Shown: piece after piece, positions 13,060 to 26,300 of the stretch
How the letters are laid out: the number at the start of each line of letters is the position of its first letter
How positions within the stretch are numbered: the stretch's first letter is position 1
From: Antedon mediterranea
Taxonomy: Eukaryota > Animalia > Echinodermata
DNA: 64,000 bases
Direction of reading: 5' to 3'
NCBI RefSeq assembly: GCF_964355755.1
Contig: NC_092674.1
Span: 5,084,001 to 5,148,000, forward strand
The notes under the pieces: model-generated
Told to the model about the DNA's origin: nothing
What the model saw: the letters and a program-made list of their open reading frames with translations, nothing else
Database searches by the model: none
Made by a program: the position numbers and the translations under genes

Positions 13060-13250
13060 ATATTCAAGTACTCTTACTTGCTTGCACTGATGAAGGGCTA
13101 GTGTTGCCCTAAAGCTCTACTAATTTTTCTGGCTTTTTTACTTTACTGTTTTGATTTAGATTTTGCTTATTTTATTTTGTATCTCCAAGATCCTGCCACT
13201 GATACCCACTTCATTGTCATTTTTTCAGTAAGTTGCCTTTGGATTTATAC
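13060..13250 (+). mobile_element. Penelope-like element terminal fragment with decayed hammerhead motif
   Basis: CTGATGA-A-GGGC...GCCC-TAAAGCTC core then T-rich tract and GATCC..GATACCCAC block shared with 5450-5570 and partly 31555-31595. Confidence 0.5.
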
Positions 13251-13404
13251 ATAAACATATTGTTCATTTCTTGGGAAAACCCTATTTACTTTATAGTATG
13301 GATGTCCCTTGAGCATGTTTGACCCAAAAGAGGAGTTTTACTGTAACTGCTTACTAGTTTTACAAATAATTGTCCTATTGGTATATAAGTACTCTAGGCG
13401 TTGT

Positions 13405-13450
13405 TTTCTGTTCTGATGATGAGAATAGTTTCTTGAAACATGTCACATTT
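13405..13450 (+). ncRNA. Minimal type I hammerhead ribozyme-like motif (Penelope-associated type), probably degenerate
   Basis: CTGATGA (13413-19), T, stem II GAGAA/TTCTT, GAAAC-AT-GTC (13435-44) with palindromic stem III; stem I weak. Confidence 0.5.
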
Positions 13451-14225
13451 TAAGGCAGTCTGCCTGTTTATTAAATGCCTCACTATCGTTATTTTAACTC
13501 GAAAGTTTGGTGGAATCATTCATGATTTATCTAACAAATAATTATGTAATAGATACAAAATTAAGCAAACATTTACTTTAGTTTCCTCAATTTGATTGAA
13601 CTTAATTGCAATGTCAGAGGTCAGTATTTAGGTTAATGTCTTTAATTGACCTATTGTAATTAGCCACTCTCATTTTTAAAGCCATTATTCATTAATTGCT
13701 TATACTCGTTAATCTTCATTATTGAAGTTAGAATTAACGTTAATGACAAGCGCTACGAGACATTTTGACGTTGTTGAATAAAATTTGTGGACTTATTATT
13801 AATAAATGATTTATCAGCTTTAACTTAGAATTGATAGTATAGATGGATCTATGGTGATATATGATGAAAATGAAAACATAATTTTAGATGTAAATTCAAA
13901 GTAAAAGGATTTATACATTCAGAAAATTAAAAGAAATAGTGAAATAAATATTATTTTTTAGTATTTTCACTATATGGTGTTTGGTTTGGATGCTTGAACT
14001 TCTACTTCTTCCCCCTTCTTTGATCTTATTTTTCAAGACTTGTTTTATGCTTTATAAAATCATTAACAGGAGGTCAGTCTAGGTGCAGATGTACTAGTCC
14101 TTCAGAAATAATTAATTAATATTAATACATTTTAATCCTGGGGTATAAAAAAAAACTTGACCGAATTTTGTGTTTGACAATTCAAGGCTCGACACACGAG
14201 TCACGACAGCATGACAGGATCTATA

Positions 14226-14376
14226 AAGCCCTCTCTCTCTACACCATCAAACTAGTGTGATGTGCCCAAATATGGTATTTATATGGCCAAACATGGTAGT
14301 TATATGACATCATGTCCATATATGAGCTCATCACATTTTTTTGTCACATAAAGTTTGATAATTTAAACAGAGCTTA
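14226..14376. mobile_element. MITE family A copy (diverged)
   Basis: Degenerate TIRs, TAA on both flanks, family internal sequence. Confidence 0.75.
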
Positions 14377-17300
14377 AAATTAAAAATAGCGAATGAGTGA
14401 CAACACTGTAACCGTTCAATGTCATTAGAACATTTCACGATGCTCAGCAAGATATACAAGTGTGTACTTTAAATTAGGCGTGAAATTGAAGACATTTCAT
14501 ACTGTGTTTTTCTAATGACTAAAGACAGATGTGAGTTTGACCTGCAAACTTATGACGGAATTGGAATAATATTATAATAAGTATCTTAGATTAGGAAGAA
14601 TTGAATGGTTGGAAATACATTGAGAGGCAAAATAAATGTAAGTTTATGTTTTTTTTATGAGTATATTGTGTAAATATTCAAATATACTGAATTCATTTAC
14701 AAGTAAGTACTGGTGTGTGACAATAGTTTGACCATTCACCGATTTTCATCATCAAATCACCTAAACAGTTTTTGTAGTAATCTACTTAAAGCTTCTGTCT
14801 GAGTATTTATTGTCTTTAAATTTTTTGTGTAGTCCACCAGTTGATGACGAAACGCCATATGTGCCAAAATATGTATCTTTTTACTAACTTCGGTCTAGAA
14901 CCTGTCAACCCTAAAAGCTCTGAAAATTTACCCAATAAATAACAAAACACTCCTTTTACAGAATCATTTTAATGAACTATCGAGAGTTTGTTAGTAAATT
15001 ATACACTGTATGAACTTAAAGCATGTCCTATATTCTCTGCACTTATCAATTACGCTATATATGATTTCGACACAGTTTCTGATTTATTGAAAGATGAAAG
15101 GAATTTCTTGTTATTTACAATCAAAAGCGGTTTCTGTTCAAAGAGTTCTTGATGTTAGTGGTCACGTGATTCTAATTGAAATTATTAATAATGGAGTAGC
15201 ATTCATAGTTAAATTATTTTGGTTGATGTAATTCAAATCTTAATCATTTTAAAATATCATTATCATAATCACTGTCTATTATCATCTACATTTTATCAAC
15301 ATTAAGATATTAAATCATCATAATCAACATTGTTTTTATCAAGTATGTTATTATCGTCACTTTCATTTTAATATTGATTATTCCATATGTGGAAAATTCA
15401 AAATTTAATTTAAAGAAGGAAGGGGCTTAGTGGGGTTTCAGCATTATAGATTAGGGTGGGGGGCTAAATATTTCATAAATGATAAAAACTTTCTGTTGGC
15501 TTGCAGAAAAATTTAAAAAATTGCCTGTTTTTCCCTGCCTAAATCCACACCTGGGCTAGATACCATTTAACAGGGAGGGAGACCAAGAGCAATACCAAGT
15601 GGGGCCATTTTGACTCAATCAAAACCATAATCGTTATTCAAGGTGCGGATCTAGTGGGAGCACTGGTTGACAGGTAAAATGAAAATATAACTACTTTTTG
15701 ATTTCTATTTTTGACAGATTTTTAATATTAAGCCTGTCTACTTATCCATATATGGACATGATGAAGTCATATCATTACCTTTTTATATATCACTACTGTT
15801 TTTGTTAAACTAGTTTAGTTTTTTAACTAAAAATCCTTGATCCACCCCTGTATTCAACAATAACAACATTTAGCAGATGGTTTCAATGGTCCTCCATGTC
15901 GCACAGACTAATTAAACATTTAGTGTGTTTTAAGGTAGAGTAACAACACAGGTTGTGATTGGTGTGCTTAATTTCTCAACAAGAATAGAACTGTTTCATT
16001 GTAGCAGATATAATGACATGATAGCCATCATTGCAGGTCATGCTTCATTAATTAATTTGCATAATGTTAAAGTTTTAATCTTTATAGTATGTTTACTCCA
16101 GTCATATTCATAATCTGTCATAGTATAATATATCAAACAAATTGTGTGATCACAAGCATATTAACAGAGTGGACAAACATAATTTATACTAAATAATAAT
16201 AATAATAATAATAATAATTATAAAATAATTATAATTAATAATAATTTTGATATTGAAAATGTGTGTAGTTGGTCGCTTTCTTGTCGATGCTTTTATTGTA
16301 GAACGTAATTTATTTATTTTTCTCTGTTCTGGGTTGACCAACTAGCATAGGTGTTTAGCACCTGTTTGGTCTTTCCGTGCCTCCTTTTCTAATTGTTTTG
16401 TCTTCTTATGTTTATGGCAGAAATTGAATAAATAAAAAAATAAATAAATAAACTTATCCCCAAGTCTCTAGATATTGTCTTTTTTATGCTGTTAGTCCAT
16501 CAGTCAGCATTTAATTTTTGATATTTTTACCAATATTAAGTGAACTGCCATCTATAACCTTACAATTACTTTAATAATAACAATTTATTTAAAAAAATTT
16601 GTGTCGATACAGTCATCAATTTTTTTTTTTAAACAACCACAACTTATTCATAATCAGAAGTAGAGAAATATATAATAACATAATTTGAAAATAACTTACA
16701 TTAAAAAATAAAACTTATTTTTGTAAATAATATAATTTACTCTACAATTGAAATTACAGCACATACTGTATACGATTCAGTACCTCATCAATAGTTATTT
16801 CTACAAATACTAATTAGCTTTAATTGGAATTCCATACAGATGCTAGCCAAAAAGTCTTCATAAACTCCTTATTATTTAATTTAATAAAAACAATACTTAG
16901 TGGATAATATTCTAGTGCGTAGTATTGTTTTGAAATTAAGTTACAGTTATTGATTTTGTATGAAAGGATAAACAAACCACATGGAGTATCTAATAAAGGT
17001 TGATTTTTAAAAGGAAATTTAGATAGCTTGTTTATGTGCACTTCAATGGTTTCGGAGGCGATTGTATAAATGACAGGTCATATGGGAAGTGGTTAAAGAT
17101 CAAAGGACGGTTACGAGTTCCTATTTTTGAAAGGCGAGCTCAGTGTCCTGTTGTTAGATTTCCATGCAATAACCAACACCAGAGCATAAATAATACATGT
17201 TCAGTGTACATTCTATTAAGGTAACACCTACAGTGTTCAAATTAATATTACTTGGTTTACTTGTTTCCAGAGCTTCCAGAGGGTCCGGAGTCGAGGTTAG

Positions 17301-17611
17301 GCTATGCCTGTACGCCCCTCTTGACAATAACATCAAATCTTGAATATGGTGCAAATATAACATTTATGATTTTATTTTATGCATTGCATAATTGTGCTGC
17401 CTCCCAAAGTGCCTCCACATCACATTATTTAAAACATCATGTTGCACATTAATATCTTAAAAGACCTTATTCAGCCCTCCCTCCATACATATATATATGT
17501 GTTTTTGATCGGTTCATTTGTTATGTAAAGCGCTAATGATGGTCTGTTATTGTAATCTTATTAGCAACATTGTTTATTCCAAAATATGAAAACAAACCTT
17601 GTGTACTTATA

Positions 17612-17910
17612 GGTCTAAAACCATAGAATGTGTTTATACCCCCATGATGGGCTTATAACTGAAACATTACAGTAGAATGAAATGTAAAAATTACTTTATT
17701 TTGTTTGACACAAATTAGGTAAGTTTGTCAATTTATTTTATTTATAATAAATTCAGGTTTTAAACCAAGGATGTGTTTATTTCCCATGATGGGCTTATTA
17801 CTGAATCATAATAGTAAAGTAAGGAATTATTCAAAATGTTAAATAAATTTGCTAATTACTTTATTTTGTTTGATTGACACAAATTAGGTAAATTTGTTAA
17901 TTTATTTTTT
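17612..17910. repeat. Local tandem duplication of ~145-160 bp
   Basis: AAACCA..ATGTGTTTAT..CCCATGATGGGCTTAT.ACTGAA and AATTACTTTATTTTGTTTGA..CACAAATTAGGTAA each occur twice in order. Confidence 0.75.
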
Positions 17911-19177
17911 TATCTTGAACCTTTTAAGTTGGATTATAGTTAATTGGCAAACTGGGGAACATTAATCCCTTTGCTGTTCTTTCTAATTAAGCCAAAATTG
18001 TTAACGATAAATCAAGGACGTGTTTAGAATCCCTCCAAATGTCATGTCGTTGGTAATTATGATTATTAGGAACATTTTGATACAGCATTCTTCTTCTTCT
18101 TCTTCTTCTTCTTCTTCTTTTGTAGACTTGCCCCAAGTCTTTAGTTACTGTCTTTTTTATGTTAGTCCACTTGTCTGAATGTATTATAGGTATGAAACGC
18201 CATATGTGCCAACATCTTTATCGTTTTACTAATTTTGGTCTAGACTACTTCGTTTGCTGAAGATGCATACAGAAGAAATGCCTTTCTGTTGTGGAAGGAT
18301 CTTGCACAGTGTGCACAAAGTGTTGGTCTTTAAAAAGTGCCATAGTTAGATATAACTCGAAAAGTAGAAACGTGTTAGACAACTCCCAATTATTTATATT
18401 ACAATATTCAACCCTCTCTTCCAAAAATGTTTATTGTTTTTTTTAAAGCATATTCTATTGATTGATTGATATCCATCTATTAATACTATAAAACTAACAA
18501 ATAATGATTTTGTTTTTTCTAAACTTCATAACTTAATTGTCTCTGTATGCTTTCCCCCATAATTTGATATCCATTTTGATACTGCTTGAAAAATAACACA
18601 AGAGATTTAATGACAATTGCTTCAATATTGAATATCATTAGACAGATAGTTGTAACATATTACTGTTATTCAATTTTCAAGGAATCGTTTTTAACCTTGA
18701 TAGCATTACCAGCCGTAGCATAATCCAGCACATTACTCAGTCTGTCCAGCCTGTCATGATGTCACGACTACCATATTTTATTGATGGATTATGCTTTAAA
18801 TGATCTATTGCAGCCTCCGCATTATCCTTTTTGTGAACAAGAATGTAATATAATGCGGAACGTAGCCTACATATGGGAATATTGAATAGGTCAATTTTTT
18901 CAAATGATTAGACTTTTGGGAAAATCATAGGATATTAATTTTTAGCACGTAATTGTGTTAATTATTATCAAAATGTTTTTCAAAATTATTTTCTTGGAAC
19001 TTTATTAATCACATCTGAATCAACTGACCAATTGCTGACCATTTCAAAATGATTGATATAATGATCTAGAAAGATGACAGACATTGCTAGGAATTTGTTT
19101 TATTTATTTATCTGTGTTAATTCTCACCTTTATTTTGTCTCTAGAGAATCTAAGTTACGTAGCAACCCTCCATCACC

Positions 19178-22100
19178 ATGGCAACTAGCCCTGTCATCAA
19201 ACAAATAGACACCCTGTTTCTAAAGTGTGGCATTTGTCTTGAGCGCTACCAGTCACCAAAAGTTCTGCCCTGCCTTCATACCTTCTGTCAGAAGTGTCTG
19301 CACAACTACATCCCACCGGAGTCTCTGACAATCTCTTGCCCCATCTGCCGCCAACAAGCCATTCTTCCAGCTAGTGGCGTGGAAGGTCTTCAAGCAAACT
19401 TCTTCATTACTAATCTAATGGAGGTTCTGGAGAAACCAGAAAATAATAATATACCTGACCTTGGGGTCGCAGAGACTATGCCATGTTCTCAACACGAGGG
19501 ACAAGTTTTAGAATTTTACTGCAGTGACTGTGAAACGGCAGTATGTCGTAAGTGCACGGTGAGAGAACATGGTGATCACATAACCACGCTGCTAAATGAT
19601 GTTATTGAGGAACATAAGGACGCCCTTCAAGGAGCTCTTGAAGATGTGAAAGCAAAAATTCCAGAAATGCAAGAAGCAACGTGTCGAATTGAACTTTTAT
19701 CAGAAAAATTAAAAGTTAAAAAGGAAGAAGCAATCACAGATTTAAACAAATCTTTTCAATTATTAGAAGAGATTCTGAAGAATCGTAGGTTGACATTACT
19801 AAATGAAATGGACAGAGTTCATAAAGACAAGCAGAGTGTCCTGCAACAGCAACAAAAGATGATGAAAAATGGCTTGACAAATATGGAAAGTTGTTGTCGA
19901 TTCACAGAGCAGGCTCTTGAGAAGGGCAATGACACGCAGATATTCATGGTAAAAAAACAAATGATGGAGCGGCTACAAGAACTCGCAAACGTACAAATTA
20001 ATCTCCAACCAGAAGAAAATGACTTCATCCGTTATAAACCAGAAAGTGGAAGTATCCAGAGGGCGATATCAAACGCTGGTGAGATACTGACCAATAGTGC
20101 CATTGCTTATGAAACCATCGCTACCGGTGATGGTCTTAAGAGAGGAGTTCTTGGCGAAGAGATGTCGGTAACAGTCACTTCTAAGAACTGTCAAGGAGAA
20201 CTTATCAAAAGTGGTAATGCATCGTTGGATGTCAAGTTAGAAAAACCAGATGGGTCATTATTACCTGTGGAAATCAATGACAACCACAACGGAACTTATG
20301 AAATTTTGTATAAAATTGAACAAGAGGGCAACTATGAATTACATATAAAATTATTTGGTGAAGAAATTAAAGGAAGTCCATTCAAAGTAAAAGGTGTGAC
20401 AGCATCTGAATTAAGTCCTAGAAACATGGGCAGTCGAATACCGAGGTCAACAGTGAAACAGAGGGCACTGCGTCGGCCACATAGCGTCGCTGGCACAATG
20501 AAGATTTACAACAAACAGAAAACAAATCCAATTGAAGACGATTTACTACGAGTATTTGGCGTACACGGTCGAAACAAAGGAGAGTTTATTAACCCGCAAG
20601 GAATCGCTGTTACTGGTACTGGTCGTATTGTAGTTACTGACAGTAACAACCAATGTGTACAAATTTTCAATACAGCTGGTGAATGCAAATTAAAATTTGG
20701 CCAACCAGGTCGCGGAGAAGGACAGATGCAAAGACCAACTGGAGCTGCTGTTGCCGGAAATGGAAACATTTATATCGCAGATTATGACAACAAATGGATA
20801 AATATCTTTAATTCTGATGGAAAATATATTGGAAAGGTTGGAACCGGAAAGCTGCTAGGACCAAAGGGAATCGCAATAGACCATAATAATAATGTGGTGG
20901 TTGTTGACAATAAAGCAAGTACTATATTTGTTTTATCAACAAAGGGTAAACTTCTCCATAAGTTTGGATCAAGAGGCATAAAAGACAAACAATTTTGCGG
21001 GCCTCATTTTGTTGCTATTGATAATAACAACAATATTGTGGTATCGGATTTTCACAATCACTGTATAAAGGTGTTTGATCAGGAAGGGAACATTGTGATG
21101 AAATTTGGATCAAATGGAGAGGGTAATGGGCAGTTTAATGCACCCACGGGCGTGGCCGTTGATATTCTTGGAAACATTATAGTGGCTGATTGGGGAAACA
21201 GTCGTATACAGGTAAGTATATCTTTATTACCTCCGCCAAGGAGGTTATGTTTTCACCCCTGTATGTTTGTGTGTGTGTCTGTGAACAGCCTGGAGGCCAC
21301 AGTTTTTATCCGATTCTAACCAAATTTGGACACAATGATCTATGCCCAAAAAGCTCGGACGAGTTCGAATTTGAGGGGGAAAGGTCATAGGTCAAGGTCA
21401 CAACTAACAAAAAACTATTTTACTGCCTAGAGACCACAGTTTTGATCCGATTCTCACCAAACTTAGCCACAATGATCAATGACACATCATATAATTGTGG
21501 TTAAATTTTGAAGGGTCAGGGTCAAAGATCAAGGTCCACAAAAAAAAAAAAGAAGAAATACAAAAATAATAATAAAAAAAAAACCTCAGTGGGACTTGAA
21601 CCAGCGATCTCAACTGTGAGAGGCTGGATACATAACCATTACACCACACTGTCATCCACAACTTTGTAGTGTGCAGTTAACATATTTACACTTGGAACTA
21701 ATAAAAAAAATGTAAAAAAAAAAATATTCAGGGGGCATTTTATGTAGGGGAATTTTACAGTAGGCGGAGGTTTGTACTCTCGGAGTACCCTCTAGTTTTG
21801 TTTTTATTTTCCAATGAGTTTGTTGCTTTCTATGCAACAACAAGATCTCTAAAGGCCTACTATCACCACCATCACATATCATTTATGTTAATGTTGTTAT
21901 GTTGGGCTTTTAACAATGAGCAGATTGTCCCAAAGAGCTTAGAAATAAAAGGGGAGATTGGAATTAATAACCGAATGGATTACAAAGAAAGGGTTTTGAA
22001 AACAATGACTCCATTGCAACAGCATCACTGCCATTACGTTCATAATCGATTAATCTTTTCTTTTCTCTCTAGGTATTTGATCACTCGGGCAGCTTTCTCT

Positions 22101-22225
22101 CGTACGTCAACACCACCGGGCACCCACTCTACGGACCTCAAGACATCGCCGTGACCAAAGACGGGCATGTCGTGGTGGCCGATTCTGGCAATCACTGTGT
22201 TAAGATATACAAGTACCTACAGTAG
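19178..22225 (+). CDS. TRIM3: TRIM2/TRIM3-like TRIM-NHL E3 ubiquitin ligase (RING, B-box2, coiled coil, filamin, NHL repeats), ~728 aa
   Basis: Exons 19178-21211 and 22073-22225 (phase 0, CAG|GTAAGT, TCTCTAG|). [34 protein letters not shown]-box CSQHEG..YCSDC..VCRKC..H..H, filamin [20 protein letters not shown] repeats, C-terminus [16 protein letters not shown]. Likely co-orthologue of vertebrate TRIM2 and TRIM3. Acceptor at ~19144 implies upstream non-coding exons. Confidence 0.93.
21224..21797 (+). mobile_element. Non-autonomous Helentron-type element (HINE/DINE-like) in the TRIM intron
   Basis: ACCTCCGCC near 5' end and inverted GGCGGAGGT near 3' end, GT microsatellite, two ~130-bp internal repeats, 3' hairpin GTACTCTCGGAGTAC and CTAGTT end. 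Confidence 0.75.
21583..21656 (-). pseudogene. tRNA-derived sequence (pseudo-tRNA or SINE head) inside the HINE
   Basis: Minus strand GTGGTGTAATGG (A box) ... CTCTCAC ... GGTTCAAGTCCC (B box), CAGTG/CACTG acceptor-like pairing, followed by a T run; anticodon arm imperfect. Confidence 0.55.
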
Positions 22226-23196
22226 GATTTGCTTCAGTGTGGGTCTGTTCCATGCCAGGGACTGTTAAAGAAGTTGTGTAACAGTAGGGGTCAAGAAGAC
22301 TGGCACTACTTCTAAGTTTTAGTTTGTTTTTTGTGAATATACCCATTTTTTTCTTGTGTCTATTCACAGGACATTTCTCTGTGTGCTCTGTAGCTATTTA
22401 GATATTTTCGTGTGTTACAGCTCAGAATCTAAACATTTCCAGCAATTTATCAGGCAGTCTGGATTTTTATATACTGGGTTTCGACATATGAATGATATAG
22501 AGGCTTATCTCTCATCCTTTGAAAAAAAACACCATTTGAAATTATTTATTCAAATAAACAACCCATTTCGGTTGTATTTCAGAGTTAGACTAATTTAATT
22601 TAATTTCTTTCTGCAATCTATGTGCACTTTCAATTTAACTGATTGCCAAAATGGTAAAGTTTTAAAATAAAAAAACAACAAATTTTAGAATTCTACACCA
22701 AACCTCCCCTTCCCCCTTCTATTTAATTTTCAAGTTTATAAGGTATATTTTTAGAATCTCAATTCTTTTAAATCCCAACAAAGTGTTCCCATGATAGTGA
22801 TGTCCCCTAAATATAGGTTTCCCATAAATATTGGTGTCTCCTAAATATGTGTGTCCCATAAATACGAGTGTCCCCAAGGATGGTTCTACTATATGTCAAA
22901 CAGTAATGCAGTACTAATAGGTCTATTTTATTATTCATCTAACTATTACAAACGTCTGTATTTTTTTTTACTGAATGATAGTTTTGTCAATATGGAATGC
23001 TTTAATTTTTTTCTGTTGTACATTTTGATTATTATTCTTCAGCCTGTAAATGTGATTTTGTTGATCTGTTTTAAACACCATTGTTACAGAGTACACAGCG
23101 TATGTCTTTGCATGCAATTGCTTGCTATCTGGCTATTTCTTTTAATTTATTTTATTTATTAGAACCTTACATTAAGGGGACACTTTCTAGACCTAA

Positions 23197-23384
23197 AGCT
23201 CTGTCTATACTACTATCACACTAGTATGACAAAAGAAGTGTGATATGCCCAAATATGGTAGTGATATGCCCAAATACGGTAGCGATATGCCCAAATATGG
23301 TAGTGATATGACATCATCATGTCCATATATGGGAACATCACATTTTTTTTGGTCACATAAAGTTTTATAGTGTAGACAGAGCTT
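23197..23384. mobile_element. MITE family A copy with three internal 21-bp subrepeats
   Basis: Both TIRs, TAA on both flanks, GATATGCCCAAATAYGGTAGY x3. Confidence 0.88.
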
Positions 23385-26300
23385 AATAAAGTGTTGCCCT
23401 TTTTTATATGGGGGTAGTCTTAATTAATGTTTCTTCTCATTCGTTTCATGAGATAGTGTCCCCCCCCCCCATAGGGGTGTCCCCTGAAACTGTATAATAC
23501 CATGTTGTTAAAATCGCTATGCTTAAATTGATATTTATCAAACCTCCGATAAAATGTCCACCTTTTTTTCTTATCTTTTTTGGTTTTATATTTTGTAGTT
23601 TTATAAATTTATATATTTTAATATGATTTGTAAGTATTATTATTTTATTATTTTATGTTAATCTGTTGTTTGAATGCTTCATTTCATATGCATGTTTATA
23701 TTTTCATTTGTATGAAGCTCCTTAATTGTGTATCTATTTCAGCCGTGCCCTTCTTCTTGTACACCCACACACAAACAGTAATAAAATTGTATATTGAATG
23801 AATGCGGGTGAGACGATACCATTATTAACAGAGGGGTCTTAAACAATTTTGAGGGCGCTATATCGCTATCCATAGAGTTTTAATCTTTTAATAATAAAAG
23901 CAAGTGTATGTTAACGACATAATCAACAATTCATTATAAATATAACATTTTAATAATAAAATATTTCTTGAATTTTTCGAAAAAAAAACGACTTTACCTC
24001 TCTGAATATACTTAATCTAAGGCGGATTCAGTTGGCGTCAGACGGTGATAATTATTTCGCCAACAAAAAATGACTTCAAAGTGACGTGCGCAAAGCAATA
24101 AGTAGGCCTATGTGATATATATTCTTTGGGCCTATTTAGCAGACATATTTTATGTTAATTGTATTCAGTCTCACCACTTGGGTAATGATAATATCAAATT
24201 CCTTCTTTTTCCGACTGCATCCGCCCGATTAATTAAGATCTTGGTTGTATGTTTTATTATTAGGTTCTTGATGTCAACTTCTTCCCACGCCGTATTTCTT
24301 TAGTCGTATATTGTGTATTAGTTTTAGACTTGTAAATCACTAGCAATGTTTTATATAACGAATGCTATATGTTTTTTGATTGTTATTAACGTATAATTAT
24401 GACGTCACTCTATACGTCGGAGAAGGTGACGTAGCCTATGTGTGTATCAATGCATGCAGGCATGAATGGATGGTCAAACACTTCTAATGTCAGATGAGGG
24501 AATGTTTTCTAACGGCATATGGTTTTTAGAGAGCTGTAACGCATTCATATAATTATAGTATATAGTGATACGCTTCAAAGTACCGCTGCTTGTCAAAACA
24601 ACCGGCTTTACTAATATCTCTACCTAATGGCTGTGACGCAGTTAACATGCTTGCCTTATCATAGTCATGGGTTCAAATCGGTTTATGGGAACTATGCAAG
24701 TTTGTGTTTAACATAGTCTACCTAAGCCTCGTAGTTTAGAAAAACGAGAACGACTCTTGGGTGTGCGTAGAATAGAACGTCATTCGTCTAAATCGCTGCT
24801 TCAGCAGTGCTTAGAATTATCTATTTAGAAGGTATTAGACGAGTTTGTATCTAAGACTAGACGCAGCCAGTCATCTTCCTCTTAACTGTTACTAACTACT
24901 TAAGGGTGTGTTTTCATTCAGACGAAATTCTTATGGTAAATAATAATGGTTAAAATCTCCATAAGTGTTTGTGCCTGGTTACATAAATCTACCTTAATAG
25001 ACTACTGGCGTGGAACTTTGTAAATAATTAACCAATCACACTGGGTTTTACAAATGGAATGTATTATGTGGAAATTCAGAAGATCTCATTGGTTGAATTT
25101 CTGACAATTTAACAATTGACTTTCTGATTGGCCAATCGAGTTGTTTCTTCTAATATATTTCGTTTGTATTGCATGGCGGATTGATACTGTGCTTAACATG
25201 TGTATCTCTAAACATACACGAATTTGATTATTAATTTTAAAATGTGACGTCATTTTTAATCGTTTTATAATGCATGAATGTCTAATCGAATTAATGTATT
25301 TTTAACGAAAGGTTGATGCTTAACTTTTAAAGGCCTCACTTTGGCATGTAGTTAGACTTTATGATTCTTAAAACGATCAACCGATCTATTAGTACAGACT
25401 AACTACATTATAATAATTTATGTGATGCGCTTTTATATTCTTTATTTAAAATTATTACTTTAATAGTGCTAGTAATATAAATTAATATTACTTTCTTTAA
25501 CATTATAGACAAATAATATAGTTTTTTCTCACAAACGTTAAACGTTCAAAGAAAATGTTATTATGAATTTAATTTATGATATTTTATACAACAGAATTTA
25601 TACATACGGTAGCCAAAGAAAAACATGGTACAGAAGTGTTAGATATTACTATAAAATTATATTTATTGTTCAAACTAGATTTATATACATAAACATATTA
25701 TTTATTTAATGAAGATATACGTTAAAATTATAAATGATATGAAGTCATCGTCATGAAGAGATTCTTTTTGACACCCTGCGTTTGGTGGGGAGCATAGTTT
25801 TTAATGTCTCTCCCCACCACCACCACCACCATTATTTAGAATGGGATGACCCCATTAGGCACTCTCTTCTAACGTTATGTTTCCACTACACAAGAGACGC
25901 AACCCAAGCGAATTCACCAATGGCAAGCGACAGTTTGAATAATCTATGGCTTTTGGTTGGTCAAATGACGTGTTTACGTTGCGTCTGGGGACCAATCACA
26001 ATAGCCTAAAACCAAGGTATAAAAAGAATTCCTTCATATTCAGATCTTGATTTTCAATCATAATATGAACAATGGTTTCCAGTTAATTAACCTGTTTACA
26101 GATTGTACTGTACCAGCCTAATCATAGCAAGGCAATCTAACAACAGGACACTGAGCTTACCTTACCAAGATAGGAACTCGTAACAGTCCTTTGATCTTAT
26201 GTTTGGCTGCGACAAATACCAACAATACTGTACTGTTGTTAGATTGTCTTGATCATCATAGTATAGGATATAATGTGAACGTTATCCGCATAAGAGGCCT

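Noticed and set aside
14835-14870. TTGATGACGAAAC as a hammerhead core
   Set aside because: No stem II between TGATGA and GAAA; it belongs to a dispersed repeat (also ~18190, ~60955) whose other copies lack the core.
21212-21319. C-terminal tail [11 protein letters not shown]... of the 713-aa ORF
   Set aside because: Read-through into the intron and HINE; the real end is the 22073-22225 exon completing the last NHL repeat.
21583-21656. Functional tRNA-Glu gene
   Set aside because: Anticodon arm and acceptor stem are imperfect and it lies within a repeat; called tRNA-derived instead.
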